Assembly (NCBI GenBank): GCA_965198945.1
Contig: CBDAQI010000001.1
Span: forward strand, 4,521 to 68,520
Direction of reading: 5' to 3'
From: Thermodesulfobacteriota bacterium
Lineage (GTDB): Bacteria; Desulfobacterota_D; UBA1144; Nemesobacterales; Mycalebacteriaceae
DNA: 64,000 nucleotides
How positions within the stretch are numbered: position 1 is the first letter of the stretch; the number at the start of each line of letters is the position of its first letter. The translations under genes and the position numbers were made by a program. The notes under the pieces were generated by a model, which saw only the letters and a list, made by a program, of their open reading frames with translations, searched no databases and had not been told where the DNA came from. Below, in pieces: positions 29,123 to 39,628 of the stretch.

Positions 29123-30553
29123 TCAGTCTCCCGACTTTATAATGCGCACCGCGTTTTCAATACGGCAAACCGTCTTCTCCCTTCCGAGAGCGGCTATAAC
29201 CTCATAAATACCAGGGCTTTCGGTCTTTCCCGTAAGCGCGACGCGCAGCGGCTGCGCCATCTGCTTCATTTTCAATCCGGTTTCTTCGGTAATAGCCGAA
29301 AAAGCGGGCTTGAGTCCCTCAGGGTCAAACCGGGTATCTTCGGCGGAAAGAGCGGGCAAAACCACCTCAAGAGCAGAAAGCGTCTCGCCGTTGATGAACT
29401 TTTCTTTCGCCTCTTTGTCAAATGCCACAACTTCACGGAACAAAAAAGCGCTTTTTTCCGCCATTTCAACAATCGTCTCAGCCCTTTGCCTGAGAAGTTC
29501 AAACGCTTTTTCCGCATCCCGCCCGGAAACATCAAATCCCATTTCGGAAAGAGCTTCCCGAAGCGGCGTAACCACTTCACTTTTACACTCACGAATATGA
29601 ATACCGCTTACCCAGCGCATCTTTTTCTCGTCAAAATTTGACGGCGAAATTCCGAGCCCCTTTGTGTCAAATTTTTCAATCAGCTCTTCCATGGTGAAAA
29701 TTTCCTCATCACCGTGCGACCACCCAAGCCGCGCAATATAATTTGCAAGAGCGGAAGGAAGAATCCCTTTCTTGCGGAACGCCTCAACCGAAACCGCCCC
29801 GTGCCTTTTGCTGAGCTTTGAGCCGTCCGGAGCGAGAATTACCGGAAGGTGAACGAAAGAGGGAATGGAAAATCCGAGCGCTTTGAGGAGCAATATCTGC
29901 TTCGGTGTGTTCACGAGATGCTCATCTCCTCTTATTACATGGGTTATGCCCGAAAGCGCGTCATCTATGGCGGAGGCAAAATTGTAAGTCGGCATACCGT
30001 CTGAGCGGAGAATGACAAAATCTTCTATGTCCTCCTCTGAAAACACCATTTCGCCGCGAAGCAGGTCGTTAAAAACAATCCCGTTTGAGAAATCCCCGGA
30101 CTGGCCGCCGAAACCGTGAGGCACTGCAAATCTCACCGCAAAAGGGGCGCCGTCTCTTTTCCCGCGCTCTGCCCATTCTCTTCTGTAGCGGAAGCGGAAG
30201 TGGCCGCCGCCGTCTCGCACGGCTTCTCTCTCGCGCTCAATGTCTTCGGGAGTCATATAACACCTGAACGCTTTGCCGGACGAAAGAAGTTTCTCCACAT
30301 ACTCTGAGTAAAGACCAAGGCGGGCGGATTGGCGAATGGGCTCTGCGTCCCAGTCAATCCCAAGCCATTTCAGGGAGTTTTTTATCTCTGAAAGAGACTC
30401 GTCGGTTGACCGCTCCGTGTCGGTGTCTTCTATGCGCAGAACAAATTCGCCTTTGTTGTGACGGGCGAAAAGCCAGTTAAAAAGGGCGGTTCTGGCTCCA
30501 CCTATGTGCAGAGAGCCGGTCGGACTGGGGGCAAATCTGGTTTTTACGCTCAT
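29123..30553 (-). CDS. gltX: Glutamyl-tRNA synthetase
   Basis: 476 aa; FAPSPTGSLHIGGARTALFNWLFAR (HIGH motif), KLSKR (KMSKS motif). Confidence 0.95.
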   Translation of the reverse strand: MSVKTRFAPSPTGSLHIGGARTALFNWLFARHNKGEFVLRIEDTDTERSTDESLSEIKNSLKWLGIDWDAEPIRQSARLGLYSEYVEKLLSSGKAFRCYMTPEDIEREREAVRDGGGHFRFRYRREWAERGKRDGAPFAVRFAVPHGFGGQSGDFSNGIVFNDLLRGEMVFSEEDIEDFVILRSDGMPTYNFASAIDDALSGITHVIRGDEHLVNTPKQILLLKALGFSIPSFVHLPVILAPDGSKLSKRHGAVSVEAFRKKGILPSALANYIARLGWSHGDEEIFTMEELIEKFDTKGLGISPSNFDEKKMRWVSGIHIRECKSEVVTPLREALSEMGFDVSGRDAEKAFELLRQRAETIVEMAEKSAFLFREVVAFDKEAKEKFINGETLSALEVVLPALSAEDTRFDPEGLKPAFSAITEETGLKMKQMAQPLRVALTGKTESPGIYEVIAALGREKTVCRIENAVRIIKSGD

Positions 30554-30792
30554 CAGGAACCATCAAGACCGCCTTGCCGGGCAAGTTCTTCCAATTCATT
30601 AAAACCGCCGATAAGTTCGCCGTCTTTGAGAATAATCGGAACGGTTCTCCATTTGTATTGTTCAGAGACTCTGATCCTCTCCTCGGGGCTTTGTGTAAGA
30701 TCTATCTCCTCGTATTTGAGACCTTTGGAATTAAACAATTTTTTTGATGCGATGCAGTAGGGACATGTTCCGGTTGTGTAGATTGTAAACAT
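30553..30792 (-). CDS. Glutaredoxin
   Basis: 79 aa; active-site CPYC and a Grx fold (...TVPIILKDGELIGGF). Confidence 0.85.
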   Translation of the reverse strand: MFTIYTTGTCPYCIASKKLFNSKGLKYEEIDLTQSPEERIRVSEQYKWRTVPIILKDGELIGGFNELEELARQGGLDGS

Positions 30793-30921
30793 TTTCGGTA
30801 TTTCACCTCCGGGAAAGTATGAGAGAAAATATACTTGGCTTTCCGCAAGCGTGAAAGTATGTTGTTATCCGCCGCATCAGAATAAGAGAAAGCAAAACTC
30901 CGGCAAAATAAGGAATACAAA

Positions 30922-32046
30922 TTGACCCAGAAAAAGCTTACAAAACTTTCGCCGCCCGAGCGGATTCTGATGGGACCCGGTCCCAGCAATGTCAGCGGGG
31001 CTGTCTATGAAGCTCTTTCAACGCCGATTATCGGTCATCTTGACCCGGACTTTCTCGCCATGATGGATGAAACGGGAGAAATGCTGCGAGCGGTTTTCCA
31101 AACCCGCAACCGGCTCACAATCCCGATGTCCGGCACGGGAAGTTCGGGAATGGAAACGGCTTTTGTCAACACTATTGACCCCGGAGACACCGTTTTAATA
31201 GGTGTGAACGGGGTTTTCGGGGAAAGAATGTGCGATGTCGCATCCCGCTGCGGAGCCAGAACCGTCCGAGTGGAGGCGGGGTGGGGAGACATCATAGAAC
31301 CGGACGCCTTTATATCGGCGCTCAAACAAAACCCCGAAGCAAAGGTCGCCGCAATCGTTCACGCAGAAACCTCAACCGGCGTGCGCCAACCCCTTGAGGA
31401 GATTGGGAAATACACGGAACGGACAGACACGATTTTCCTTGTGGACGCGGTAACATCACTTGCCGGATGCGAGTTGAGGGTTGATGACTGGGGGGTGGAC
31501 ATCTGCTACAGCGGAACACAGAAGTGCCTGAGTGTTCCACCGGGAATATCGCCCTTAACCTTCAGCAAAAAAGCCGAAAGAGCTCTTTTCTCAAAGAAAG
31601 ACAAGGTTCAGAGCTGGTATCTGGATCTCTCAATGATATGCAAATACTGGGGAGACGAAAGGGTTTATCACCACACCGCTCCGGTTTCAATGCTTTTCGC
31701 TTTAAGGGAAGGGCTCCGGATTGTCCTTGAGGAAGGACTGAAAGAACGTTTTGAAAGACACGAAAAATTCGGAAAACTGCTCTCCGGCAAACTCACGGAA
31801 CTTGGATTCAAACCCTTCGCACGTGAGGGATACAGACTTCCGATGCTGGCCTCCGTTTTTCTGCCGAAAGGAATGCCGGATGCGGAAACAAGGAAGACTC
31901 TGCTGAACAAACACAAAATGGAAGTGGGACCGGGGCTCGGGGAAACAAAAGGGAAAATCTGGAGAATAGGCCTCATGGGAGAGAGTTGCTCACTTGAAAA
32001 TATTGACAGGCTTGCGGACGCTCTGATGGATGTGAAAAGAGTTTGA
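30922..32046 (+). CDS. Class V aminotransferase (serine-pyruvate/alanine-glyoxylate aminotransferase-like)
   Basis: 374 aa; class-V fold with a PLP-lysine region (SGTQKCL). Confidence 0.85.
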   Translation: MTQKKLTKLSPPERILMGPGPSNVSGAVYEALSTPIIGHLDPDFLAMMDETGEMLRAVFQTRNRLTIPMSGTGSSGMETAFVNTIDPGDTVLIGVNGVFGERMCDVASRCGARTVRVEAGWGDIIEPDAFISALKQNPEAKVAAIVHAETSTGVRQPLEEIGKYTERTDTIFLVDAVTSLAGCELRVDDWGVDICYSGTQKCLSVPPGISPLTFSKKAERALFSKKDKVQSWYLDLSMICKYWGDERVYHHTAPVSMLFALREGLRIVLEEGLKERFERHEKFGKLLSGKLTELGFKPFAREGYRLPMLASVFLPKGMPDAETRKTLLNKHKMEVGPGLGETKGKIWRIGLMGESCSLENIDRLADALMDVKRV

Positions 32047-32108
32047 ACACAAGGTTGTGGTTTGACTTGCACCGGTGTTTCGTTATAATGGCAGGCCTGT
32101 GATTCGGC

Positions 32109-32537
32109 ATGAAAACCTACGTTGAAAAGGCGAATAAAAAAGACAGAGAGTGGCAAGTAGTTGACGCGCAAGGGAAAACGCTCGGGCGGCTTGCAACAAA
32201 ACTCGCCACGATTCTGCGCGGCAAAAACAAACCCAACTTCACCCCCCATGCGGATACCGGGGACTTTATTGTCGTTGTCAACGCCTCCAAAGTTCAAATG
32301 ACCGGGAAAAAACTCACAGACAAAATGTATTACAGGCACAGTGGTTATCCGGGCGGGCTGAAATCCGTTTCGGCGCAGGAGTTGCAGTCCGGAAAACCGG
32401 AGGAAATACTGAGAAAAGCCGTGTGGGGAATGCTTCCGAAGAACAAATCACAGAATAAACTCATAAAAAGGCTTAAAGTTTACGCGGGAGAGTCTCACCC
32501 GCACTCCGCGCAAAACCCCAAACCTGCGGAATTCTAA
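32109..32537 (+). CDS. rplM: 50S ribosomal protein L13
   Basis: 142 aa; [30 protein letters not shown]... Confidence 0.95.
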   Translation: MKTYVEKANKKDREWQVVDAQGKTLGRLATKLATILRGKNKPNFTPHADTGDFIVVVNASKVQMTGKKLTDKMYYRHSGYPGGLKSVSAQELQSGKPEEILRKAVWGMLPKNKSQNKLIKRLKVYAGESHPHSAQNPKPAEF

Positions 32538-32557
32538 TCCCGCTGAGGAAAAAGAAA

Positions 32558-32959
32558 ATGGCTGTCAGCGAAACAAACATATCCAACGGAACGGGAAGAA
32601 GAAAAAATTCAGTGGCCTCCGTATGGGTAAAGCCCGGCACGGGTAAAATCACCGTTAACAAAAGGGAGATGAAAGAATACTTTCCGCGCCGGACATGGCA
32701 GATAAAAATCAATGAGCCTCTTGAGGTAACAAAATCCGAAGGTCTGTTTGACATCTCGGTCAACGTCAGAGGAGGCGGTCTGACGGGTCAGGCGGGCTCC
32801 ATCTGCCACGGTCTTGCCAGAGCGCTTTTGAAGCACGATGAGACCTTGAGAAAAAAACTGAAATCCGCCGGACTTTTAAGGCGGGACTCGCGCATGGTGG
32901 AAAGCAAAAAATACGGCAGGAAGAAAGCGCGCCGCGGACAGCAGTTCTCAAAGAGGTAA
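32558..32959 (+). CDS. rpsI: 30S ribosomal protein S9
   Basis: 133 aa; ...[24 protein letters not shown]...[12 protein letters not shown]. Confidence 0.95.
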   Translation: MAVSETNISNGTGRRKNSVASVWVKPGTGKITVNKREMKEYFPRRTWQIKINEPLEVTKSEGLFDISVNVRGGGLTGQAGSICHGLARALLKHDETLRKKLKSAGLLRRDSRMVESKKYGRKKARRGQQFSKR

Positions 32960-32964
32960 TCTAT

Positions 32965-34308
32965 TTGGCCTCAAAAAAGCCGGGCAAAGCCGAAAAAGCA
33001 AGACAAATCCCCCCTCCGGAAGGCAAACTGGGCGTTCTTCTTCCGGGCATCAGCGGTGCGGTAAGCACTACCTTCATAGTCGGCGTTGAGTCTTTCAAAA
33101 AAGGAGCCGGCGAGCCCATCGGGTCTCTTACACAGATGGGAACCATACGCCTCGGCAAAAGAACCGAGGGCAAAAGTCCCAAAATCAAAGATCTTTTTCC
33201 GCTAACCGATTTGGAAGATATGGTATTCGGCGGCTGGGATATTTCTCCGGAAACCTGCCACGAGGCCTCAATCCGGGCCGGTGTTCTGAATAAGGCGACA
33301 CTTGATGAAGTAAAAGAGGAAACAAACTCCATCAAACCGATGAAAGCGGTTTTCAACAAAAAATATGTGAAAAATCTTTCCGGCACAAACGTAAAAAAAG
33401 GCAAAACAAAAATGGATCTTGCCGAGCAGCTGATTGACGACATTGCGGAATTCAAAAAGACAAACAACCTCAAACGGGCCGTGATGGTCTGGTGCGGAAG
33501 CACCGAAACCTACATAAAAGAATCAGAGGTTCACGGCTCCGTCGCAAACTTTGAGCGGGGGCTCAAAGAAAATCACCCTGGTATAGCACCGAGTATGATA
33601 TACGCATATGCGGCGATAAAATCCGGTGTCCCATATGCCAACGGCGCTCCGAACCTGTCGGCCGATATTCCGGCCCTCGTCTCGCTTGCAAAAAAACATA
33701 AAGTTCCAATTTGCGGAAAAGATTTCAAAACGGGGCAGACACTGATGAAAACCATAATCGCTCCGGGCTTGAAAGCCAGAATGCTGGGCCTTAACGGTTG
33801 GTTTTCAACCAACATACTCGGAAACAGAGACGGTGAGGTTCTTGATGACCCGGGCTCTTTCAAAACAAAGGAAGAAAGCAAACTGAGCGTGCTTGAATAC
33901 ATACTTCAGCCCCAACTGCATCCGGAACTCTACTCTGACTACTATCACAAGGTCAGAATAAACTATTATCCGCCGCGCGGAGATGAAAAAGAAGCATGGG
34001 ACAACATAGACATATTCGGGTGGCTGGGCTACCCGATGCAGATAAAAATAAACTTCCTGTGCCGCGACAGTATACTCGCCGCTCCGGTTGTGCTTGATCT
34101 TGTCATTTTTCTTGACCTCGCACGGAGAGCCGGAATGAAAGGAATTCAGGAATGGCTTTCATTCTATTTCAAAAGCCCCATGGTCGCCCCGGGGCTTTAC
34201 CCCGAACACGATGTTTTCATACAGCTTACCAAACTGAAAAATACTCTCCGGCACATTGCCGGCGAAGAACAGATAACCCATCTCGGACTTGAGTATTATG
34301 AGAAGTAA
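32965..34308 (+). CDS. myo-Inositol-1-phosphate synthase family protein
   Basis: 447 aa. Counterparts of the four MIPS motifs are present (LLPGISGAVSTT; VWCGSTETY; ANGAPNLSADIPAL; STNILGNRDG). Confidence 0.8.
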   Translation: MASKKPGKAEKARQIPPPEGKLGVLLPGISGAVSTTFIVGVESFKKGAGEPIGSLTQMGTIRLGKRTEGKSPKIKDLFPLTDLEDMVFGGWDISPETCHEASIRAGVLNKATLDEVKEETNSIKPMKAVFNKKYVKNLSGTNVKKGKTKMDLAEQLIDDIAEFKKTNNLKRAVMVWCGSTETYIKESEVHGSVANFERGLKENHPGIAPSMIYAYAAIKSGVPYANGAPNLSADIPALVSLAKKHKVPICGKDFKTGQTLMKTIIAPGLKARMLGLNGWFSTNILGNRDGEVLDDPGSFKTKEESKLSVLEYILQPQLHPELYSDYYHKVRINYYPPRGDEKEAWDNIDIFGWLGYPMQIKINFLCRDSILAAPVVLDLVIFLDLARRAGMKGIQEWLSFYFKSPMVAPGLYPEHDVFIQLTKLKNTLRHIAGEEQITHLGLEYYEK

Positions 34309-34367
34309 GCTTGAAAGCCCGCGAAACTTCAGGAATCAGAAAACCGGATAAAGCTTCACGAACGGGG

Positions 34368-35003
34368 TCAAAAATTGTATTCCAGTTTTGTCCCCACGCT
34401 TACACTGATAACACTGTCAAGATCACTTCTACTCTCCAAGATTGAGTAAGAAAGCTGTGATTGCACACCTATTCTGGCTTTTTCCGATACGGAGACAGCA
34501 AATCCCAATTTGCCAATCAAGGGTATGGTAGTGCTCCTGCCAATATCGTCCGCAACATCGTAAAGATTTATTCCTGTTCCCGCTCCGAAAGAGAACTCTG
34601 CAGATTGATTCCCGGTCTTTACAAGAGCTATTACAGGCAGAAGCAAATGGTGAAAAGTACCACCGTCAAATTTAAGCCCAAAGTTTTGACCCAACGTACT
34701 GGCTTTGAATTCCAGATCATAAAAGCCAATTGTCCATCTTGGCGCAAACTCCACGGCTAAAGAACTTTCTTCGAAAAAAACCCCGAACTTGGGCTCTATA
34801 AAGAAACCGTTTTCTTTTATTTCGAGATTGCTGATAGTTACTCCTGAAACTGTTATCTGGCCTTTTATGTCGGCATTCTGGTAGGAATAACCGGAACTTA
34901 AACTAAATTAGCGTTTTGAGTCTGCTGTCTGCGCATTGGAAACGCTGAAAGGGAAACCCGCTAATAATATGACAAAAACAAAGAGAATTGAAAATCTTCT
35001 CAT
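34368..35003 (-). pseudogene. Outer-membrane beta-barrel protein gene interrupted by an in-frame TAA at codon 32
   Basis: ATG at 35003 with signal peptide MRRFSILFVFVILLAGFPFSVSNAQTADSKR, then TAA (34908-34910), then the same frame continues FSLSSGYSYQNADIKGQ... to the C-terminal ...GTKLEYNF (an aromatic OMP terminus). Confidence 0.5.
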
Positions 35004-35263
35004 CTTAAACCTCCGTTAATTTGGACTTGCCCGGGATTTAAGGTGCCAGGCCTTGTCCACACTAAACGAAGGTTTTAAGTGTTCCCGCTTATTTCCCAGC
35101 GGAAGAAATCAGTCTTCCACCATAGCCGGGTCTTTTATTTAGCAGGGGACCCGACAAGGGTCTCCTCCGTCTAACGTGGACACAAAAATATAAACCAGAA
35201 AATACTGACAAGTCAACTCTTATTGGAATCAACCGGAAAGGCCTTTCCCGGGCACCGAGACGG

Positions 35264-36520
35264 TCAGTTTCTCATAAAACTGTAAAGGTGCTCTCCGATT
35301 TCGGAGTTTTTCAGTTTGTTGAGGGAGTGTTTTTCAATCTGCCTTATGCGCTCGCGGGTCAGGTCAAACATCTTTCCGATCTCGTCAAGAGTGAAAGTGC
35401 CGCTCTCGTCTATTCCGAAGCGAAGTTTGATTATCTTTTCCTCACGCTCGTTCAGATGCTGTTTGAGCGCCTCACGCAGTTTCTCGGAAAGTGCGTTTTT
35501 GGCAATGACGAAATCGGGGATTGAATCCTCCTGATCGGGAACCGAATCAAGCAGAGTCGCATTTTTGCCCTCAAGAATTGGAGTGTCCAGGCTGATCGCG
35601 TCATTTGTGGAGTTCAGAATCCTCTTTACAACCTCAATCGTTATGCCGGATTCAAGAGATATTTCCTCCGGTGTCGGTTTTCTGTCAGTGGTTTTGGAGA
35701 GTTTGGCAACTGTCTTATAGACCCGGTTCGCCTGCTCAAGAAGGTAAACGGGAACCTTAATGGTTCTGGTCTGGCCTTGAAGAGCCCTGAGTATCGCCTG
35801 GTGTATCCACCACGAAGCATATGTTGAAAACTTGTATCCTTTTGTGTGGTCAAACCTCTCAACCGCTCTCATCAGACCGAGATTTCCTTCCTGAATCAAA
35901 TCGGGCAGGGAAAGACCCCTGTTCGTATACCTTCTTGATATTGTTATGACAAGCCTCAGGTTTGCCTTAACAAATTTCTGCTTCATCCTTTGGGCTTTTC
36001 TCTCCTGCGAAATCCGCGCCAGTTTCCTGAAAACCTCTATTCTGCTTTCATATGCGTCTTTCCTCTCACTGCTTCTGGCCAGTTTTCTCTTTTTTTCCAG
36101 CCGTTCAATTTTTGAAACCACACCATATGCTTTGTCCGGCTTTCTGTATTTTATGTCCGTATCTTCGGCGGCGGCCTCGTATTTCTTTATCTTGGATGAA
36201 ATCTCAACTTCCTGCTTCGCCGTAAACAAATCCTCCGAAGACATATCCTTGAAATAAACATAGAGAAGCCTCATGTTTTCATCGGGATTAAAATCTCCCT
36301 TTTTCTTCTTGATATTTGATTCTTCGGCTAAAACCTGAGCCGGCGGCTCGGAAAACTCATCTTCACGAGAAACAAGCGCGGCTTCTTCGCCGGATGCCGC
36401 ACCAAGCCCGAACTCCTTTTCGCCCTCGGGAACGGAATAATTATCGTTCTCAGTCCCTTCCTCTTTCAAAAAGTCAACACTCAGTTTTTTCTCTTTTTTA
36501 GCCATAGAGCAACCTCTCAA
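35264..36520 (-). CDS. rpoD: RNA polymerase sigma-70 family factor (RpoD-like, regions 1.2-4)
   Basis: 418 aa; ...LIQEGNLGLMRAVERFDHTKGYKFSTYASWWIHQAILRAL... and region 4 ...LDEIGKMFDLTRERIRQIEKHSLNKL. Confidence 0.9.
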   Translation of the reverse strand: MRGCSMAKKEKKLSVDFLKEEGTENDNYSVPEGEKEFGLGAASGEEAALVSREDEFSEPPAQVLAEESNIKKKKGDFNPDENMRLLYVYFKDMSSEDLFTAKQEVEISSKIKKYEAAAEDTDIKYRKPDKAYGVVSKIERLEKKRKLARSSERKDAYESRIEVFRKLARISQERKAQRMKQKFVKANLRLVITISRRYTNRGLSLPDLIQEGNLGLMRAVERFDHTKGYKFSTYASWWIHQAILRALQGQTRTIKVPVYLLEQANRVYKTVAKLSKTTDRKPTPEEISLESGITIEVVKRILNSTNDAISLDTPILEGKNATLLDSVPDQEDSIPDFVIAKNALSEKLREALKQHLNEREEKIIKLRFGIDESGTFTLDEIGKMFDLTRERIRQIEKHSLNKLKNSEIGEHLYSFMRN

Positions 36521-36565
36521 CGAAGATCTGATTTACAAGGTAAAACAAGTTTCAATAGCCGAATA

Positions 36566-37174
<609 letters not shown>

Positions 37175-37280
37175 CTGTTAAACCTCCCGGCAAAATTGTA
37201 AAAAGCCTACTCTTACCGAGATGGTAATCTACCACAAAGAATTCCAAGATTAAACAGGAAAAGTTGCGCCCGGCATTGCG

Positions 37281-38687
37281 CTAATCCTCCCGCAAATTTT
37301 GCAAAATGCCCGCCAACGGCTCTTCCAGTGTTATTCTGAGATTTTTCTCCCCTTTGACCGCCTTATGAAGATCGCTGAACGCCACGCCGCCCGTCCATAT
37401 TATTTCGCCCCCGCACACAAAAATTGGCAGCCGCTTTCTGAGAAAAGACGGTATTTTCCTGTCAGAAAAAATTGACTTGATTTTCTTTGTTCCATCCATA
37501 CCGAGAGGGATGGTTCTGTCTCCGGGTCTGAAATTTCTGACCTCAATCGGGAATTCGGTTTTTTCAAGAGAAAAATGTCCGACATGGCTCCTGCCCCAGA
37601 GCGATGTATCATAAGTTTTTTCAAAATGCGCGACAATTCCTCCCGGCAGAGAGAGGCTCTCTTCGCCTCGCACGGTCATGCTGTAGTCTTCCACCGGCAC
37701 ACCCGCACTCCTCAGACAGAAAACACCGTGACTTTTCTCCATGGTTATGCCGAACGGAAGACTCACGGCGCCGGAAGCTTTGCGCGACATCAAAAGCAAG
37801 TCCATTTCCTCAAGATGTGAGAACTCCAGCCTTTCAATACCGCCTTTAATCATTGCATATAAACGCCTCAAAAGCTCGGAGCGCACGGCTCTATGAAGAT
37901 TCACGCATGCGGAAACCGAACCGGCAATAAAATCCCCGGACCGGTCTTGAAAAAAAATCCGTCCCAGAGCTTTTTCCGCCTTGAGAGAAATATACGAAGA
38001 CTGACTGCCCGCAGTGTCGGCAAGCCTGTTAAGAGCTGACTTTATTTGAGGATTAAAAGTTTCAAGCACGGGCAGAACCTGCTTTCTGATTCTGTTTCTC
38101 GTAAAAACCGTCAGCTCGTTGCTGCTGTCCTCAACCCATTTTTCCCCTTTATTTTCAAGATACTCAATAATTTGCCGGCGGCGGACTGCTATAAAAGGCC
38201 TTATCAAACTGCCGGAGCGCGGATTTATTGAAGAGATGCCCGAAACTCCGCTTCCGCGCACTATCCTCATCAGAACAGTCTCCGCTCTGTCGTCCATTGT
38301 GTGAGCTGTGGCTATCCTTTCGGCGCCGGTTTTTTCGCAAATTTCACGGAAAAACCGGTATCTGAGTTCCCTCGCGCCGTGTTCTATTGAAAGCCCGTTT
38401 CTTTTTGAAAACTCTTCGGTGTCACAGGAACGGATCTCAAGCGGCAAACCGAGTCTTCCGCACAGTTCAGACACAAACCCGGCGTCCCGTTCGGACTCGC
38501 TTCCGCGCAAATTGTGATTGAAATGGCAGACAAAAATTTCAGGCGCAAATTCATCAAGCTCTTTGAGGGCATGAAGAAGTGCGACGGAGTCCGCGCCGCC
38601 CGAAACTCCGACAACAACCCTCATGCCCGAGCGCGGCAGCATGTCAAACTCTCTCAGAGCGCTTATCAGATTTTCTTGCAGACTCAA
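37281..38687 (-). CDS. tilS: tRNA(Ile)-lysidine synthetase
   Basis: 468 aa; PP-loop VGVSGGADSVALLH, TilS-length C-terminal domains. Confidence 0.88.
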   Translation of the reverse strand: MSLQENLISALREFDMLPRSGMRVVVGVSGGADSVALLHALKELDEFAPEIFVCHFNHNLRGSESERDAGFVSELCGRLGLPLEIRSCDTEEFSKRNGLSIEHGARELRYRFFREICEKTGAERIATAHTMDDRAETVLMRIVRGSGVSGISSINPRSGSLIRPFIAVRRRQIIEYLENKGEKWVEDSSNELTVFTRNRIRKQVLPVLETFNPQIKSALNRLADTAGSQSSYISLKAEKALGRIFFQDRSGDFIAGSVSACVNLHRAVRSELLRRLYAMIKGGIERLEFSHLEEMDLLLMSRKASGAVSLPFGITMEKSHGVFCLRSAGVPVEDYSMTVRGEESLSLPGGIVAHFEKTYDTSLWGRSHVGHFSLEKTEFPIEVRNFRPGDRTIPLGMDGTKKIKSIFSDRKIPSFLRKRLPIFVCGGEIIWTGGVAFSDLHKAVKGEKNLRITLEEPLAGILQNLRED

Positions 38688-39331
38688 ACCTTTGGCGAAG
38701 AAGAGGAAATTCCTCCGGAAATAATCACATTAAAAGCCTGCTCAACGGTGAGCGGAATTTCTATGACTTTGGACTCCGGAACCATTAGATAAAAGCCGCT
38801 TGTGGGGTTTGGTGTCGTCGGCAGAAAAATATTCACAAGAGTTTCTTCAAGCACGTTATGCCCCTCGCCGGGTTTCATCTTTCCCATTACAAAACCTATT
38901 GAATAAATACCCTCCCTTGGATATTCAAAAATCACGACCCCGTTGCCCTGCCGAATACCGGAAGTGCCGAACAGGGTCCCCAGAATCTGTTTGGAGGCGT
39001 TGTAGGCCGTTCTGACAACGGGTATTGAGAGTATGATTGATTCGGCAAAGCTTACAAGACGGTTGCCGATTATGTTCCTCGCCACATACCCCGCGAGCAC
39101 GACAAGAAAAACCGTACAGAAAATTCCTATCGAGAAAGAAATCAGTTGAAAAACCCATTCGGGAAAAGAGTAGTCGGTAACCAGATATTCAAGCACTCTT
39201 GAAGGCACGGCAATTACAAGTGAGTAAATCCACAAAGAGATTGTATAAACAAAAAAAATGGCGAGGCCGAAAGGGACAATTACCGCGAGCCCCGTTAAAA
39301 AACCTTTTCTGAGCCAGTTAAAAAAACGCAT
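38684..39331 (-). CDS. DUF502 family membrane protein
   Basis: 215 aa; MRFFNWLRKGFLTGLAVIVPFGLAIFF... with two N-terminal TM helices, typical of DUF502. Confidence 0.8.
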   Translation of the reverse strand: MRFFNWLRKGFLTGLAVIVPFGLAIFFVYTISLWIYSLVIAVPSRVLEYLVTDYSFPEWVFQLISFSIGIFCTVFLVVLAGYVARNIIGNRLVSFAESIILSIPVVRTAYNASKQILGTLFGTSGIRQGNGVVIFEYPREGIYSIGFVMGKMKPGEGHNVLEETLVNIFLPTTPNPTSGFYLMVPESKVIEIPLTVEQAFNVIISGGISSSSPKV

Positions 39332-39333
39332 AA

Positions 39334-39624
39334 TCAGTCCTTTTTGTAATTTGTCTGTTCCCGCAAAGTTCTGCTGGGCTTGAAAACAACCTCATTTCTT
39401 GAGGGAATTTTTATAATTTCCCCGGTCGCCGGATTTCTGCCTTTTCTGGGTTTTCTTTTTTTTACATACAGGCTCCCGAAACGATGCAACTTCACCCAAT
39501 CACCCTTTTGAAGGGATTTTTTCAGGGTGTCAAAAAAATATTCCACAATGTCGGCGGACTCTCTTTTTGAAAACCCGAGTTTTTTGTGTATTAAATCAGC
39601 AATTTCTTTTTTTGTAACAGCCAC
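39334..39624 (-). CDS. ihfA: Integration host factor/HU family protein (IHF alpha-like, downstream of pheT)
   Basis: 96 aa; ...RKPRKGRNPATGEIIKIPSRNEVVFKPSRTL... In the conserved pheT-ihfA arrangement. Confidence 0.75.
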   Translation of the reverse strand: MAVTKKEIADLIHKKLGFSKRESADIVEYFFDTLKKSLQKGDWVKLHRFGSLYVKKRKPRKGRNPATGEIIKIPSRNEVVFKPSRTLREQTNYKKD

Positions 39625-39628
39625 TTTT

